From NCBI GenBank assembly GCA_052386995.1, contig JBQTJP010000278.1, forward strand, positions 1 through 24,988: a stretch of DNA of 24,988 bases, written 5' to 3'. A model generated the notes under the pieces. That model was not told where the DNA came from. It searched no databases and was given only the letters and a program-made list of their open reading frames with translations. The position numbers and the translations under genes were made by a program. Origin of the DNA: Armatimonadota bacterium (lineage in GTDB: Bacteria > Sysuimicrobiota > Sysuimicrobiia > Sysuimicrobiales > Humicultoraceae). Below, in pieces: positions 9,520 to 19,107 of this stretch. Numbering within the stretch: the stretch's first letter is position 1; each line of letters opens with the position of its first letter.

Positions 9520-10839
9520 ATGGCTCAGACGCTGCGATTGTTCGTCATTGGCGGTGGAGGCCGGGAGCACGCGATGGCATGGCATCTGTCGCGCGCGTTC
9601 CCGGAGGCGTCGCTCTATGCTGCTCCGGGAAATCCGGGGATCTCGCGACTCGCCGTCTGCCTGCCCATTTCCGCTGATGACTGCAACGGCCTGGCCGATG
9701 CCGCTGCGACGCGCGGGGTCCACTGGACGCTGGTAGGCCCTGAAGTCCCGCTCGTCGCCGGGATCGTGGATGCGTTTGAGGCGCGCGGTCTGCCGATCAT
9801 TGGTCCCACGGCTGCGGCTGCCAGGATCGAAGGCAGCAAGACCTTCGCGAAAGACCTGATGCAGAAGCACGGGGTTCCTACGGCGGAGGCGCGCGCGTTC
9901 GACGATCCGGCATCGGCACTGGCGTATGTGCGCGGCCAGACGGCGGGGGTCGTCGTGAAAGCCGACGGTTTGGCCGCGGGCAAGGGCGTCGTGGTCTGTG
10001 ATGACGCCGAGCAGGCCTGCGCGGCGATCGAGACGATCATGGTCCGCCGGGCCTTCGGCAACTCCGGTCAGCGGATCGTTATCGAAGAGCGGCTCGAGGG
10101 GGAAGAGGTCAGCGCGTTCGCCCTCGTCGACGGCGAGGCGGTTGCACTTCTGCCCGCCGCGCAGGACCACAAGCGTGTCTTCGATGGCGACCGGGGGCCG
10201 AATACGGGCGGCATGGGCGCGGTCGCCCCATATCCCCTGACCGATGCGCTGCGCGACTATATCCGCGTGGAGATCTTTGAGCGGGTCGCGCACGCGCTGT
10301 GCGCCGAAGGCCATCCGTATCGCGGCATTCTGTTTGCGGGTTTGATGCTGACGCGCGACGGCCCTCGGGTACTGGAGTTCAACTGCCGGCTGGGCGATCC
10401 CGAAGCACAAGTCGTCCTTCCGCTGCTGTCGGGCAATCTCGTGGACGCGTGTGCGGACCTGCACGCCGGCCGGTTGGCGCCGGACGCGCTCGTGCAGACC
10501 GGCGGCGCCGCTGTCGGGGTGGTCCTGGCGTCGCGCGGATATCCGCAGGCTCCAGAAGCGGGCGATGACATAGACGGGCTGGAATCCGCGGCGGAGGACG
10601 CCTTGATCTTCCACGCCGGCACCACGGAGCGTGATGGCCGGATCGTGACCGCCGGCGGCCGGGTCATAACGGTCGTCGGCCTGGGAACGGACGTGGCGGC
10701 CGCGCGAGTGCGGGCCTATCGCGCCGCGAAGCGCATCCTGTTTGCCGGGATGCACTATCGCTGGGATATCGGTGCCGCTGTCGCAAGCGCGCCCCGCGCG
10801 GACGAGACCCTGGCGGCGCACGCTCGAGTGGGAGAGTAG
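9520..10839 (+). CDS. purD: Phosphoribosylamine--glycine ligase
   Basis: IGGGGREHA, APGNPG, VGPEVPL, KADGLAAGKGV, QDHKR, GPNTGGMGA and EFNCRLGDPE motifs. Start moved to ATG 9520 by homology. Confidence 0.96.
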   Translation: MAQTLRLFVIGGGGREHAMAWHLSRAFPEASLYAAPGNPGISRLAVCLPISADDCNGLADAAATRGVHWTLVGPEVPLVAGIVDAFEARGLPIIGPTAAAARIEGSKTFAKDLMQKHGVPTAEARAFDDPASALAYVRGQTAGVVVKADGLAAGKGVVVCDDAEQACAAIETIMVRRAFGNSGQRIVIEERLEGEEVSAFALVDGEAVALLPAAQDHKRVFDGDRGPNTGGMGAVAPYPLTDALRDYIRVEIFERVAHALCAEGHPYRGILFAGLMLTRDGPRVLEFNCRLGDPEAQVVLPLLSGNLVDACADLHAGRLAPDALVQTGGAAVGVVLASRGYPQAPEAGDDIDGLESAAEDALIFHAGTTERDGRIVTAGGRVITVVGLGTDVAAARVRAYRAAKRILFAGMHYRWDIGAAVASAPRADETLAAHARVGE

Positions 10840-10842
10840 CGC

Positions 10843-12138
10843 ATGCCGGTCATCGCGGTTGTCGGGGGCCACTGGGGTGACGAGGGCAAAGGCAAAGTTG
10901 TCGATGCCATGGCCGCGGATGCCGATCTCGTCATCCGGTACAACGGCGGCGCAAACGCCGGGCACACGGTGGTCAGCGACCGGGGCACATTCGCCCTGCA
11001 TCTTGTCCCATCGGGTGTCCTGCATCCACGGGTGACCTGCCTGATCGGTCCCGGCGTCGTCGTGAACCCCGATGTCCTCCTCGACGAGCTGGCAACCTTG
11101 GAGTCGCGAGGCGTCTCGACGCACAACGTGTTGATCTCCAATCGCGCGCACCTGCTGTTTGCACATCACATCGATCTCGACACGCTCGAGGAGCAGGCCC
11201 GAGGCCAAGGCCAGCACGGGACGACCAAGCAGGGAATCTGGCCGGCGTATGCCGACAAAGTTGCGCGCGTCGGTGTTCGGGTGGGTGACCTGCTGCACGA
11301 GCGGCACCTGGGCGAGCAGGTTCGCTACCAGGTCGCCAGGACCAGCCGGGTGCTGACGCAGGTCCACGCCGCCGAGCCGCTCGATGCCACAGCGATTCTC
11401 GAACGGTGCCGGCGATGGCGCGACCTCCTCGGCCCGCGCATCGTGGACAGCCACCCTCTCGTACAGCGCGCCCTGCGCACGGATGCGCGTGTGCTCCTCG
11501 AGGGCCATCTGGGCGTCATGCGCGATCTCGACTGGGGGATCTATCCGTATGTCACGTCCTCAACGTGCCTGCCCGGTGGCGCGGCGGCAGGCGCGGGAAT
11601 TCCGGCGGCGCGCATCACCCGCGTGGTCGGCGTGGTGAAGGCCTACACGACGGCGGTTGGCGCCGGAACCATGCCGACCGAGCTGCACGACGAAGTCGCC
11701 GAGCGCATCCGCAAGGTCGGGCATGAGTTCGGGACCACCACCGGCCGGCCGCGGCGGTGCGGGTGGTTCGACGGCGTCGCCGCGCGGTTTGCCGCGGAGG
11801 TGGCCGGATTTACCGAGCTCGCCTTAATGAAGCTCGACGTGCTCGACGGTCTGGAGACCGTGAAGATCTGTACCGGGTACCGCCATCGCGGCGAAATGCT
11901 CGATACGGTCCCCGAGATGCCCACGCTCGCGGAGGTTGAGCCGGTCTACGAGGAGCTTCCGGGGTGGCGCCTGCCGCCGCGCGTCGAGCGGGTTGGCGAC
12001 CTCCCTGTCGCTGCGCGGCGCTTCGTCGATCGGATCGCGGCGTTTCTCGAGGTGCCGGTCACGATGGTCGGGTTGGGCCGCGAGCGCGAGGCCCTGGTGC
12101 GCACGGAGCCGCTCGCAGGCTCGGAGGTCGGGCGATGA
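10843..12138 (+). CDS. purA: Adenylosuccinate synthetase (divergent motifs)
   Basis: WGDEGKGK, GGANAGHTV, YPYVTSS, EFGTTTGRPRRCGWFD and KLDVLD motifs. Confidence 0.93.
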   Translation: MPVIAVVGGHWGDEGKGKVVDAMAADADLVIRYNGGANAGHTVVSDRGTFALHLVPSGVLHPRVTCLIGPGVVVNPDVLLDELATLESRGVSTHNVLISNRAHLLFAHHIDLDTLEEQARGQGQHGTTKQGIWPAYADKVARVGVRVGDLLHERHLGEQVRYQVARTSRVLTQVHAAEPLDATAILERCRRWRDLLGPRIVDSHPLVQRALRTDARVLLEGHLGVMRDLDWGIYPYVTSSTCLPGGAAAGAGIPAARITRVVGVVKAYTTAVGAGTMPTELHDEVAERIRKVGHEFGTTTGRPRRCGWFDGVAARFAAEVAGFTELALMKLDVLDGLETVKICTGYRHRGEMLDTVPEMPTLAEVEPVYEELPGWRLPPRVERVGDLPVAARRFVDRIAAFLEVPVTMVGLGREREALVRTEPLAGSEVGR

Positions 12139-13496
12139 TCGACCGGTACGCGACCCCAGAGATGCGCGACCTGTGGGCGCCCGAGACGAAGTTCGCCTTG
12201 TGGCTGGAGATCGAGCTGCTCGCGGTCGAGGCGCGGGCCGCGCGCGGCGAAGTGCCGCAAGACATCGCGGCCGGCCTGCGCCGCACCGCGCGCGTTGGCA
12301 GCCCTGCCCGCATCGACGAGATCGAGCGGGACACACAGCACGACGTCGTCGCCTTCCTGCGCTCGGTCGCAGAACTGACCGGTCCCGATGCGCGCCACCT
12401 GCACCACGGGCTTGGATCATCCGATGTCGTGGATACCGCGCAGTCCGTTCTGCTGGTGCGGGCCGCCGATCTGATCGCCGACGCCCTCGCGCTCGTGCGC
12501 GAATCCACGGCGGCGCTCGCGGACCGTCACCGACACACCGTCATGGCCGGACGTACGCACGGGATGCACGCGGAGCCGATCACCTTCGGCGTCAAGGTGG
12601 CGCTGTGGCATACCGAGCTGGATCGCGCCATGGCGCGCGTCCGGGCCGCGCGCGAAACCGTGCGCGTTGGAAAGCTGTCGGGCGAAGTCGGCACGTACAT
12701 CCATTCGTCTCCAGAGATCGAGGCCGCCGTGTGCGCCGGGCTCGGTTTGGTTCCAGCGCCGGTCAGCAGCCAGGTGCTGCAGCGCGACCGGCACGCCGAG
12801 TACGTCACCACCCTGGCCATCCTGGCCGGAACGATCGAGAAGATCGCGACCGAGATCCGCACGCTGCAGCGGACGGAGCTGCGCGAGGTCGAAGAGCCCT
12901 TTTCGACCCGCCAGACAGGCTCGTCGGCGATGCCGCACAAGCGCAACCCGATTCTTTGCGAGCGTCTGGTCGGCCTGGCACGCACGGTGCGCGCCGCGGC
13001 CATCGTGGCGATGGAGAACCAGACGCTGTGGGGTGAGCGCGACATCAGCCACTCCTCGGCCGAGCGCGTGATTTTCCCCCAGGCGACGGGGCTGATCCAC
13101 TACATGCTGATGATCCTGCACCGGGTGTTGAGCGGACTGCGCGTCTTTCCCGACAACATGCGGCGCAATCTCGATGTGACCGGGGGACTGATCTTCAGCC
13201 ATCGCGTGCTGCTGGCGCTGGTGGAGAAAGGTCTGAGTCGCGAAGACGCCTATCGGATCGTGCAAGACGCCGCGACCGCTGCGCTGGAGGGACGCAAGAC
13301 GTTCGCCGCCGGGCTGACTTCAAGCGGCGCGCTCACGCCCGAAGAGGTGGCCGCGCGCTTCGATCTTGCACGGCCCCTCGGGGGGGCGGTTGTGATTGTG
13401 GAGGGGGCGGGACGCGCGCGCGTGCCCGCGGCCGCTGGCACGCGTGGGCCGGAGAGCCGCGGGTCCACACAGCGCGAGAGGAGGGGTACATCGTGA
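12135..13496 (+). CDS. purB: Adenylosuccinate lyase
   Basis: MIDRY start in an ATGA overlap. HDVVAF, GRTHGMHAEPITFG, GSSAMPHKRNP and ERDISHSSAER motifs. Confidence 0.96.
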   Translation: MIDRYATPEMRDLWAPETKFALWLEIELLAVEARAARGEVPQDIAAGLRRTARVGSPARIDEIERDTQHDVVAFLRSVAELTGPDARHLHHGLGSSDVVDTAQSVLLVRAADLIADALALVRESTAALADRHRHTVMAGRTHGMHAEPITFGVKVALWHTELDRAMARVRAARETVRVGKLSGEVGTYIHSSPEIEAAVCAGLGLVPAPVSSQVLQRDRHAEYVTTLAILAGTIEKIATEIRTLQRTELREVEEPFSTRQTGSSAMPHKRNPILCERLVGLARTVRAAAIVAMENQTLWGERDISHSSAERVIFPQATGLIHYMLMILHRVLSGLRVFPDNMRRNLDVTGGLIFSHRVLLALVEKGLSREDAYRIVQDAATAALEGRKTFAAGLTSSGALTPEEVAARFDLARPLGGAVVIVEGAGRARVPAAAGTRGPESRGSTQRERRGTS

Positions 13497-14404
13497 CGTC
13501 GTCGGCACCCTCAGCGGTTGTCAGTACCGACCTGCCCGTGCCGCTGCTCGCACGGGGGAAGGTGCGCGATGTCTACGCACTGGACGGCATGCTGCTCATC
13601 GTGGCCACGGACCGCATCTCGGCCTTCGATCATATCCTGCCGACGCCCGTGCCGGGCAAGGGCCGCATCCTGACGCAGCTGTCTGCGTTCTGGTTCGACC
13701 GCACGCGCGCGATCATTCCCAATCACCTGATCGCGACCGATCCGGCCAGGATGCCCGAGGCCCTGAGAGAGCACGCCGCCGTCCTCGATGGCCGCGCGAT
13801 GCTGGTTCGCCGTGCCCGCCGACTCGACGTCGAGTGCGTCGTGCGCGGCTATCTGGCGGGCTCAGCCTGGGCGGACTATCGCCGCGAGCGCGTCATCTGC
13901 GGAGTCGAGCTTCCCGCGGGCCTGGAGGAAGGCGACCGGCTGGCGATGCCTATCTTCACGCCGGCGACCAAAGCGTCGGCCGGCCATGATGAGAACATCT
14001 CGTTTGAGGCTATGCGCGATCTTGTCGGCGACGCGCTGGCCGTCCGCCTCCGAGACGTGAGCGTGGCTTTGTACGAACACGCGCACGCGTATGCCGCGGC
14101 ATGCGGGCTCCTGCTGGCCGACACCAAGTTCGAGTTCGGCCTGATCGCCGGACCGTCGGGTGACGAGCTCACGCTGATCGACGAAGCTCTGACGCCCGAC
14201 TCCTCTCGCTACTGGGACGCTTCGGACTATGCCCGCACGCGATCGCTCGTGCCGCTCGACAAGCAGTACGTGCGCAACTACCTGCTGCAGATCGGGTGGA
14301 ACCGGGAACCGCCGGTTCCCTCGCTGCCGTCCGAGGTCGTCGCGGCCACCCAGGAACGCTACCGCGAGACGTATCGCCGCCTGACCGGAAAGGAGCCCGT
14401 GTAG
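13493..14404 (+). CDS. purC: SAICAR synthetase
   Basis: RGKVRDVY, DRISAFD, ECVVRGYL, FTPATKA, ADTKFEFG, DEALTPDSSRYW and DKQYVR motifs. Confidence 0.97.
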   Translation: MTSSAPSAVVSTDLPVPLLARGKVRDVYALDGMLLIVATDRISAFDHILPTPVPGKGRILTQLSAFWFDRTRAIIPNHLIATDPARMPEALREHAAVLDGRAMLVRRARRLDVECVVRGYLAGSAWADYRRERVICGVELPAGLEEGDRLAMPIFTPATKASAGHDENISFEAMRDLVGDALAVRLRDVSVALYEHAHAYAAACGLLLADTKFEFGLIAGPSGDELTLIDEALTPDSSRYWDASDYARTRSLVPLDKQYVRNYLLQIGWNREPPVPSLPSEVVAATQERYRETYRRLTGKEPV

Positions 14405-14659
14405 AGGCCCGTATTTCGTGTGGTCATCATGCTTAAACCCGGCGTGCTGGACGCCGCGGGCCAGGCCGTGGCGCGTGGGCTGGCCGCGCTCGGCTATGCG
14501 GCGGAGGGCGTGCGCGTGGGAAAGGTGATTGAAGTCACGGCGCCCGATGCCACGGCGGCGACCGTCAGCGAGATGTGCGAGCGGTTTCTCGCCAATCCGC
14601 TGATCGAGTCGTGGCGTATCGAAACCGCCGCCGGATTGGGTCGGGAGGGTCGCCGATGA
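14405..14659 (+). CDS. purS: FGAM synthase subunit PurS (start codon ambiguous: AGG at 14405, first canonical start GTG at 14420)
   Basis: LKPGVLD-xx-G, VRVGKVIEV and MCERFLANPLIE motifs. Lies between purC and purQ. Confidence 0.9.
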   Translation, partial: RPVFRVVIMLKPGVLDAAGQAVARGLAALGYAAEGVRVGKVIEVTAPDATAATVSEMCERFLANPLIESWRIETAAGLGREGRR

Positions 14660-15366
14660 GGTGGGGGGTCGTCGTCTTTCCAGGCTCCAACTGCGACCGT
14701 GACTGCCTCCACGCGCTGCGGTCGGTGCTGGGCCAGACGGTCGATGAGGTCTGGCATGAAGACCGCACGGTGGCCGGGCTCGATGTCATCGTCCTGCCGG
14801 GGGGATTTTCCTACGGCGACTATCTGCGGGCCGGCGCCATCGCCGCCACGTCACCGGTGATGCCGGCCATCCGTGACTTCGCCGGGGCGGGGAGGCCCGT
14901 GCTCGGGATCTGCAATGGCTTTCAGATCCTCACCGAGGCGCGCCTGCTGCCCGGCACGCTGGTGCGTAACGCGCGGCTACGGTTCCGCTGCACACCGGTG
15001 TGGGTGCGGGTCGAATCCTCCGCAACGCCCTTTACCGCCGCGATCCCTGAAGGCACCGTGCTCCAGATGCCGATTGCGCACGCCGAGGGCGGCTACCGCG
15101 CGGGCCCTTCAGACCTCGCGGAGTTGCAGGCGGCGCGTCGCGTGATCTTTCGCTACTGCGATTCCCGCGGCCGGATAATTCCCGATGCCAATCCCAACGG
15201 TTCTGTCGATGGCATCGCGGGCGTGGCGAGCGCCCGCGGCAACGTGGTCGGCCTCATGCCCCATCCCGAGCGCGCATCGGAGGCGCTGCTGGGGTCGGCA
15301 GACGGCCGAAGGATCTTTGAATCCGTGATCGCATCGGTCGCCGCACGGATGGAGCCCGTCTCGTGA
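14656..15366 (+). CDS. purQ: FGAM synthase glutaminase subunit PurQ
   Basis: VVFPGSNCDRD, PGGFSYGDYLRAG, GICNGFQIL, NPNGS and GLMPHPER motifs. Confidence 0.97.
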   Translation: MRWGVVVFPGSNCDRDCLHALRSVLGQTVDEVWHEDRTVAGLDVIVLPGGFSYGDYLRAGAIAATSPVMPAIRDFAGAGRPVLGICNGFQILTEARLLPGTLVRNARLRFRCTPVWVRVESSATPFTAAIPEGTVLQMPIAHAEGGYRAGPSDLAELQAARRVIFRYCDSRGRIIPDANPNGSVDGIAGVASARGNVVGLMPHPERASEALLGSADGRRIFESVIASVAARMEPVS

Positions 15367-17618
15367 CCCAGGCGCTCACGCGCGACGCCGCCGAGGCCGC
15401 TATCGCGCTGCCGGACCGCGATCATCGCGAGATCGTGCGGCGCCTGGGCCACGAGCCCAACCCGGTTGAGGCGCGCATGTTCGCCGTGATGTGGTCCGAG
15501 CATTGCGGCTACAAGCACTCCAGGCGGACGCTCCGGCGCCTGCCTTCGACCTCGCCCCGCGTGCTCAGCGGCCCGGGGAGCAATGCCGGCGTGGTCTCGA
15601 TCGGAGGCGGGTGGGCGATCGCGTTCAAGATGGAGAGCCACAACCACCCCAGCGCCGTGGATCCGTACAACGGCGCGGCGACCGGCGTCGGCGGCATCAT
15701 TCGAGATGTCCTGGCGATGGGCGCGCGGCCGATCGCGCTGCTGGACTCCCTGCGGTTCGGTGCGCTCGACGATGCGCGCTCACGCCGCCTTGCCGGCGGT
15801 GTGGTGGCCGGCATCGCCGGGTACGGCAACGCCATCGGCGTGCCAACGGTGGGTGGAGAGCTGCTGACCGACCCCTGTTACCGCGAGAATCCGCTCGTCA
15901 ACGTGGCCTGCCTGGGCCTCATGCGTGCCGACCGCGTCACGAGCGCCGCGGCGTGCGGCCCGGGAAATGCCGTCCTCTATGTTGGCGCGCGGACGGGCCG
16001 TGATGGAATCGGCGGCGCGGCATTTGCCTCCACCGAGCTCGACGACGCCAGACAGCACACCGACCGTGCCTCGGTGCAGATCGGCGACCCGTTCACCGGC
16101 AAATCGCTCATCGAAGCGACGCTCGAGGCGCTGGATCGCGGGGTCGTCGTCGCGATGCAGGACATGGGCGCCGGCGGCATCACATGCGCCGCAAGCGAGA
16201 TGGCCGCGCGCGGACGCGTCGGCATGAAGATCGATCTGGACCAGGTGCCGCTGCGAGAGGCGGAGATGCGCCCGGAAGAGATCCTGCTCAGCGAGTCGCA
16301 GGAGCGCATGCTGCTCGTGGTCCGCCCGGAAGATACCGCGCGGATTGCGGCCATTTTCCATCGATGGGGGCTCGCCGCGGACGTGATCGGGCGGGTGACG
16401 GCCGATGCGCGGCTGCGCGTGATCTGGCAGGGCCGGAACATTGTCGATCTTCCCCCGGACGCGCTCGCGGACGCACCGGCGTACGATCCGGAAGCGCGCG
16501 AGCCCAACCACGCTGCGCCGCGACACCCAACCCATCCGCCTGTCGTGGCAGATGATCTCGCCGCAACACTGCTGCGCCTGCTCGCGGATCCCGACATCGC
16601 AAGCAAGCGCGCGATCTTCGAACAGTACGACCATATGGTGGGCGTGCGCACCGTGCAGCCGCCCGGCACCGACGCGGCGGTGCTGCGCGTCATCGATGCC
16701 CCGCCCATGGGCCTGGCGCTCGTCGCCGACGGCAACGGCCGCTGGTGCTCGGATGCCCCTCGAGCGGGAGCCGCGCTCATCGTGCTGGAGGCCGCCGCCA
16801 ACCTGGCCTGCGCCGGCGCAGAGCCCATTGCGGTGACCGACTGCCTGAACTTCGCCAACCCTGAGCGTCCCGAGGTGTTCTGGACCTTCCGTCAGGCCGT
16901 GGACGGGATCGCCGATGCCTGTACGGCCCTGGACGCACCGGTGATCGGGGGCAACGTATCCTTCTACAACGAGGCTACGGCGGGTGGCATCATCCCCACG
17001 CCCGTCATCGGGATGGTCGGAGTGATCGATGACATTTCGCGCTGCGTCCGGCCGGGATTTGTCCGCGAGGGCGATCTGATCGTGCTGCTCGGTGCCGGCG
17101 ATGTGTCACTCGGTGCCAGCCTGTATCGCGTAGCGATCGAGCGGCAGGCCGCAGTCGGCGCACCCGATCCCGGCCTGCACCTCACCGCGCGCGCCATTCG
17201 CTGCGTGCGCCAGGCGGTCGGCGACGGCCTGCTTACATCGGCGCACGATGTCAGCGACGGCGGGACCGCCGTCGCGCTGGCCGAAGCGTGCATCCACGGA
17301 CAGATCGGCGCTGAGGTCACGATCACCCAGGCATCGGAGCCCGCGGCACGGGCCGATGATCAAGCCGGTTCGAACGTGGCAGAGTGGTGGTTTGGCGAAG
17401 GTCCCGGCCGATTCGTCGTGTCGATTGAGCCGGGGCGTCTCGCCGCACTCGAAGCACTGGCGAGAACACATGACGTCGCCTGCCGCGTCATTGGCGCAGT
17501 CGGCGGAACGTCGTTGCTCATCAGCGGCGCGGGGTCCCTCACCGGCGGCGCGACCTCGCCCGCGATCGATCTTCCCGTGCGCGCGCTCACGGATGCCTGG
17601 AACAGCCTGGAGGCGTAG
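15363..17618 (+). CDS. purL: FGAM synthase subunit PurL (small type)
   Basis: MWSEHCGYK, KMESHNHPS, GAATGVGGIIRD, QDMGAGG, LSESQERM, DCLNFANPE, GGNVSFYN and AHDVSDGG motifs. Confidence 0.97.
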   Translation: MTQALTRDAAEAAIALPDRDHREIVRRLGHEPNPVEARMFAVMWSEHCGYKHSRRTLRRLPSTSPRVLSGPGSNAGVVSIGGGWAIAFKMESHNHPSAVDPYNGAATGVGGIIRDVLAMGARPIALLDSLRFGALDDARSRRLAGGVVAGIAGYGNAIGVPTVGGELLTDPCYRENPLVNVACLGLMRADRVTSAAACGPGNAVLYVGARTGRDGIGGAAFASTELDDARQHTDRASVQIGDPFTGKSLIEATLEALDRGVVVAMQDMGAGGITCAASEMAARGRVGMKIDLDQVPLREAEMRPEEILLSESQERMLLVVRPEDTARIAAIFHRWGLAADVIGRVTADARLRVIWQGRNIVDLPPDALADAPAYDPEAREPNHAAPRHPTHPPVVADDLAATLLRLLADPDIASKRAIFEQYDHMVGVRTVQPPGTDAAVLRVIDAPPMGLALVADGNGRWCSDAPRAGAALIVLEAAANLACAGAEPIAVTDCLNFANPERPEVFWTFRQAVDGIADACTALDAPVIGGNVSFYNEATAGGIIPTPVIGMVGVIDDISRCVRPGFVREGDLIVLLGAGDVSLGASLYRVAIERQAAVGAPDPGLHLTARAIRCVRQAVGDGLLTSAHDVSDGGTAVALAEACIHGQIGAEVTITQASEPAARADDQAGSNVAEWWFGEGPGRFVVSIEPGRLAALEALARTHDVACRVIGAVGGTSLLISGAGSLTGGATSPAIDLPVRALTDAWNSLEA

Positions 17619-17622
17619 ACCG

Positions 17623-19107
17623 ATGCCGCACGTGCCCGCCCCACATCCCCTTCAGCCGGTCGAGAGCCCGCGGGACGCAAGCCCATGGAAAGAGGAATGC
17701 GGTGTCAGCGGGGTGCTGTGCACGGATGGCGCCGATGCCGCGCCGCTGGTGCACGTGGCCCTCTACGCGCTGCAGCACCGCGGGCAGGAGAGCGCTGGCA
17801 TTGCAGCGATGGCAGATGCGACGATGACACTGCACCGCGGGATGGGGCTGGTAGCGCAGGTGTTCGATTCCGACCGCATCAGGCTGCTCCCGGGTCCCGC
17901 GGCGATCGGGCACGTCCGCTACGCGACGATGGGATCGGTGAGCCTGGAGAACGCCGGGCCGTTCGTCGCGCCGTCGCCCTGGGGCCCCGTGGCGATTTCA
18001 CACAACGGCAACCTCATCAACGCGCCGGTCCTGCGCGGTGCGCTCGAGTCCGAGGGCGTGACCTTCGCCGGCACCACCGACACCGAGATCATCGCGCATC
18101 TCATCGCCCGGACGCCGGCCGCCACCGTGGAGGACGCGATCGCCGGCTGCATGCATCGTATTGAGGGGGCGTACACCATCGCCGCCTGCGCAGAGGGCCG
18201 GCTCTATGCCTTCAGGGACGCGCACGGCATCCGGCCCCTGGCGGTGGGGCGCGGGCCCTCGTTCTGGGCGGTCGCGTCTGAGTCGTGCGCCTTCGACCAC
18301 AACGGCGCCGAGGCGGTGTGTGACGTCGAACCCGGCCAGCTGGTGACGCTCGACGCCGGAGGGATGCGCACGCGCCAGGTGCTTCCCCTGCGGCGCCGCG
18401 CGCACTGTGTGTTCGAGTACATCTATTTCGCCCGGCCCGACACGGTGTTGCGCGACCTCAACGTCCACCAGGCCCGCCGCCGCATGGGCCGCATTCTGGC
18501 CCGGGAGCATACCGCCGACGCCGACATCGTCATCGCCGTGCCCGACTCGGGAACCTCCGCCGCGATGGGATACTCGGAGGGCGCAGGCCTGCCGTTCGAT
18601 GTCGGTCTGATCAAGAACCGCTACATCGGGCGGACATTCATTCAACCCGACCAGGCCGTGCGCGACTTCCGGGTTCGGCTGAAGCTGAACCCCAACGTCG
18701 AGGTGATCGCCGGCCGCCGCGTCGTGCTCGTCGATGACTCCATCGTCCGCGGCACGACCTCGGCGCGGATCGTCCGGTTGCTGCGCGCCGCGGGCGCGGA
18801 TGAGGTGCATGTCCGCATCTCGTCCCCGCCGATCCGGCACGCCTGTTTCTACGGCATCGACACCAGCAGCCGGGGCGAGCTGGTGGCCGGCCGGCTCGAG
18901 GTCGAGCAGATCCGGCGTATGATCGGCGCCGATACGCTCGGCTACCTGAGCCAGGATGGTCTGGTCGAGGCCCTGGGCCTTGCCCGCGACACGCTCTGCA
19001 TGGCGTGTCTGGACGGCCGCTATCCGACGCGAGTGCCGACCGAAGCCGAAGCCGGGCGAACCGCGCTCGATACGTTCGTGCCGGCTCCCGTGGGAGGACG
19101 CTCGTGA
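17623..19107 (+). CDS. purF: Amidophosphoribosyltransferase (propeptide, Fe-S type)
   Basis: KEECGV (Ntn Cys after propeptide), LQHRGQE, HNGNL and VLVDDSIVRGTT motifs. Fe-S ligand motifs CVFEY, CFYGID and CMAC as in the Bacillus subtilis type. Confidence 0.97.
   Translation: MPHVPAPHPLQPVESPRDASPWKEECGVSGVLCTDGADAAPLVHVALYALQHRGQESAGIAAMADATMTLHRGMGLVAQVFDSDRIRLLPGPAAIGHVRYATMGSVSLENAGPFVAPSPWGPVAISHNGNLINAPVLRGALESEGVTFAGTTDTEIIAHLIARTPAATVEDAIAGCMHRIEGAYTIAACAEGRLYAFRDAHGIRPLAVGRGPSFWAVASESCAFDHNGAEAVCDVEPGQLVTLDAGGMRTRQVLPLRRRAHCVFEYIYFARPDTVLRDLNVHQARRRMGRILAREHTADADIVIAVPDSGTSAAMGYSEGAGLPFDVGLIKNRYIGRTFIQPDQAVRDFRVRLKLNPNVEVIAGRRVVLVDDSIVRGTTSARIVRLLRAAGADEVHVRISSPPIRHACFYGIDTSSRGELVAGRLEVEQIRRMIGADTLGYLSQDGLVEALGLARDTLCMACLDGRYPTRVPTEAEAGRTALDTFVPAPVGGRS

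Noticed and set aside
10843..12138. PurZ (Z-base synthesis) assignment for the divergent PurA
   Set aside because: The catalytic Asp in GDEGKG is retained (PurZ has Ser), and the context is a chromosomal de novo purine operon with no phage genes.
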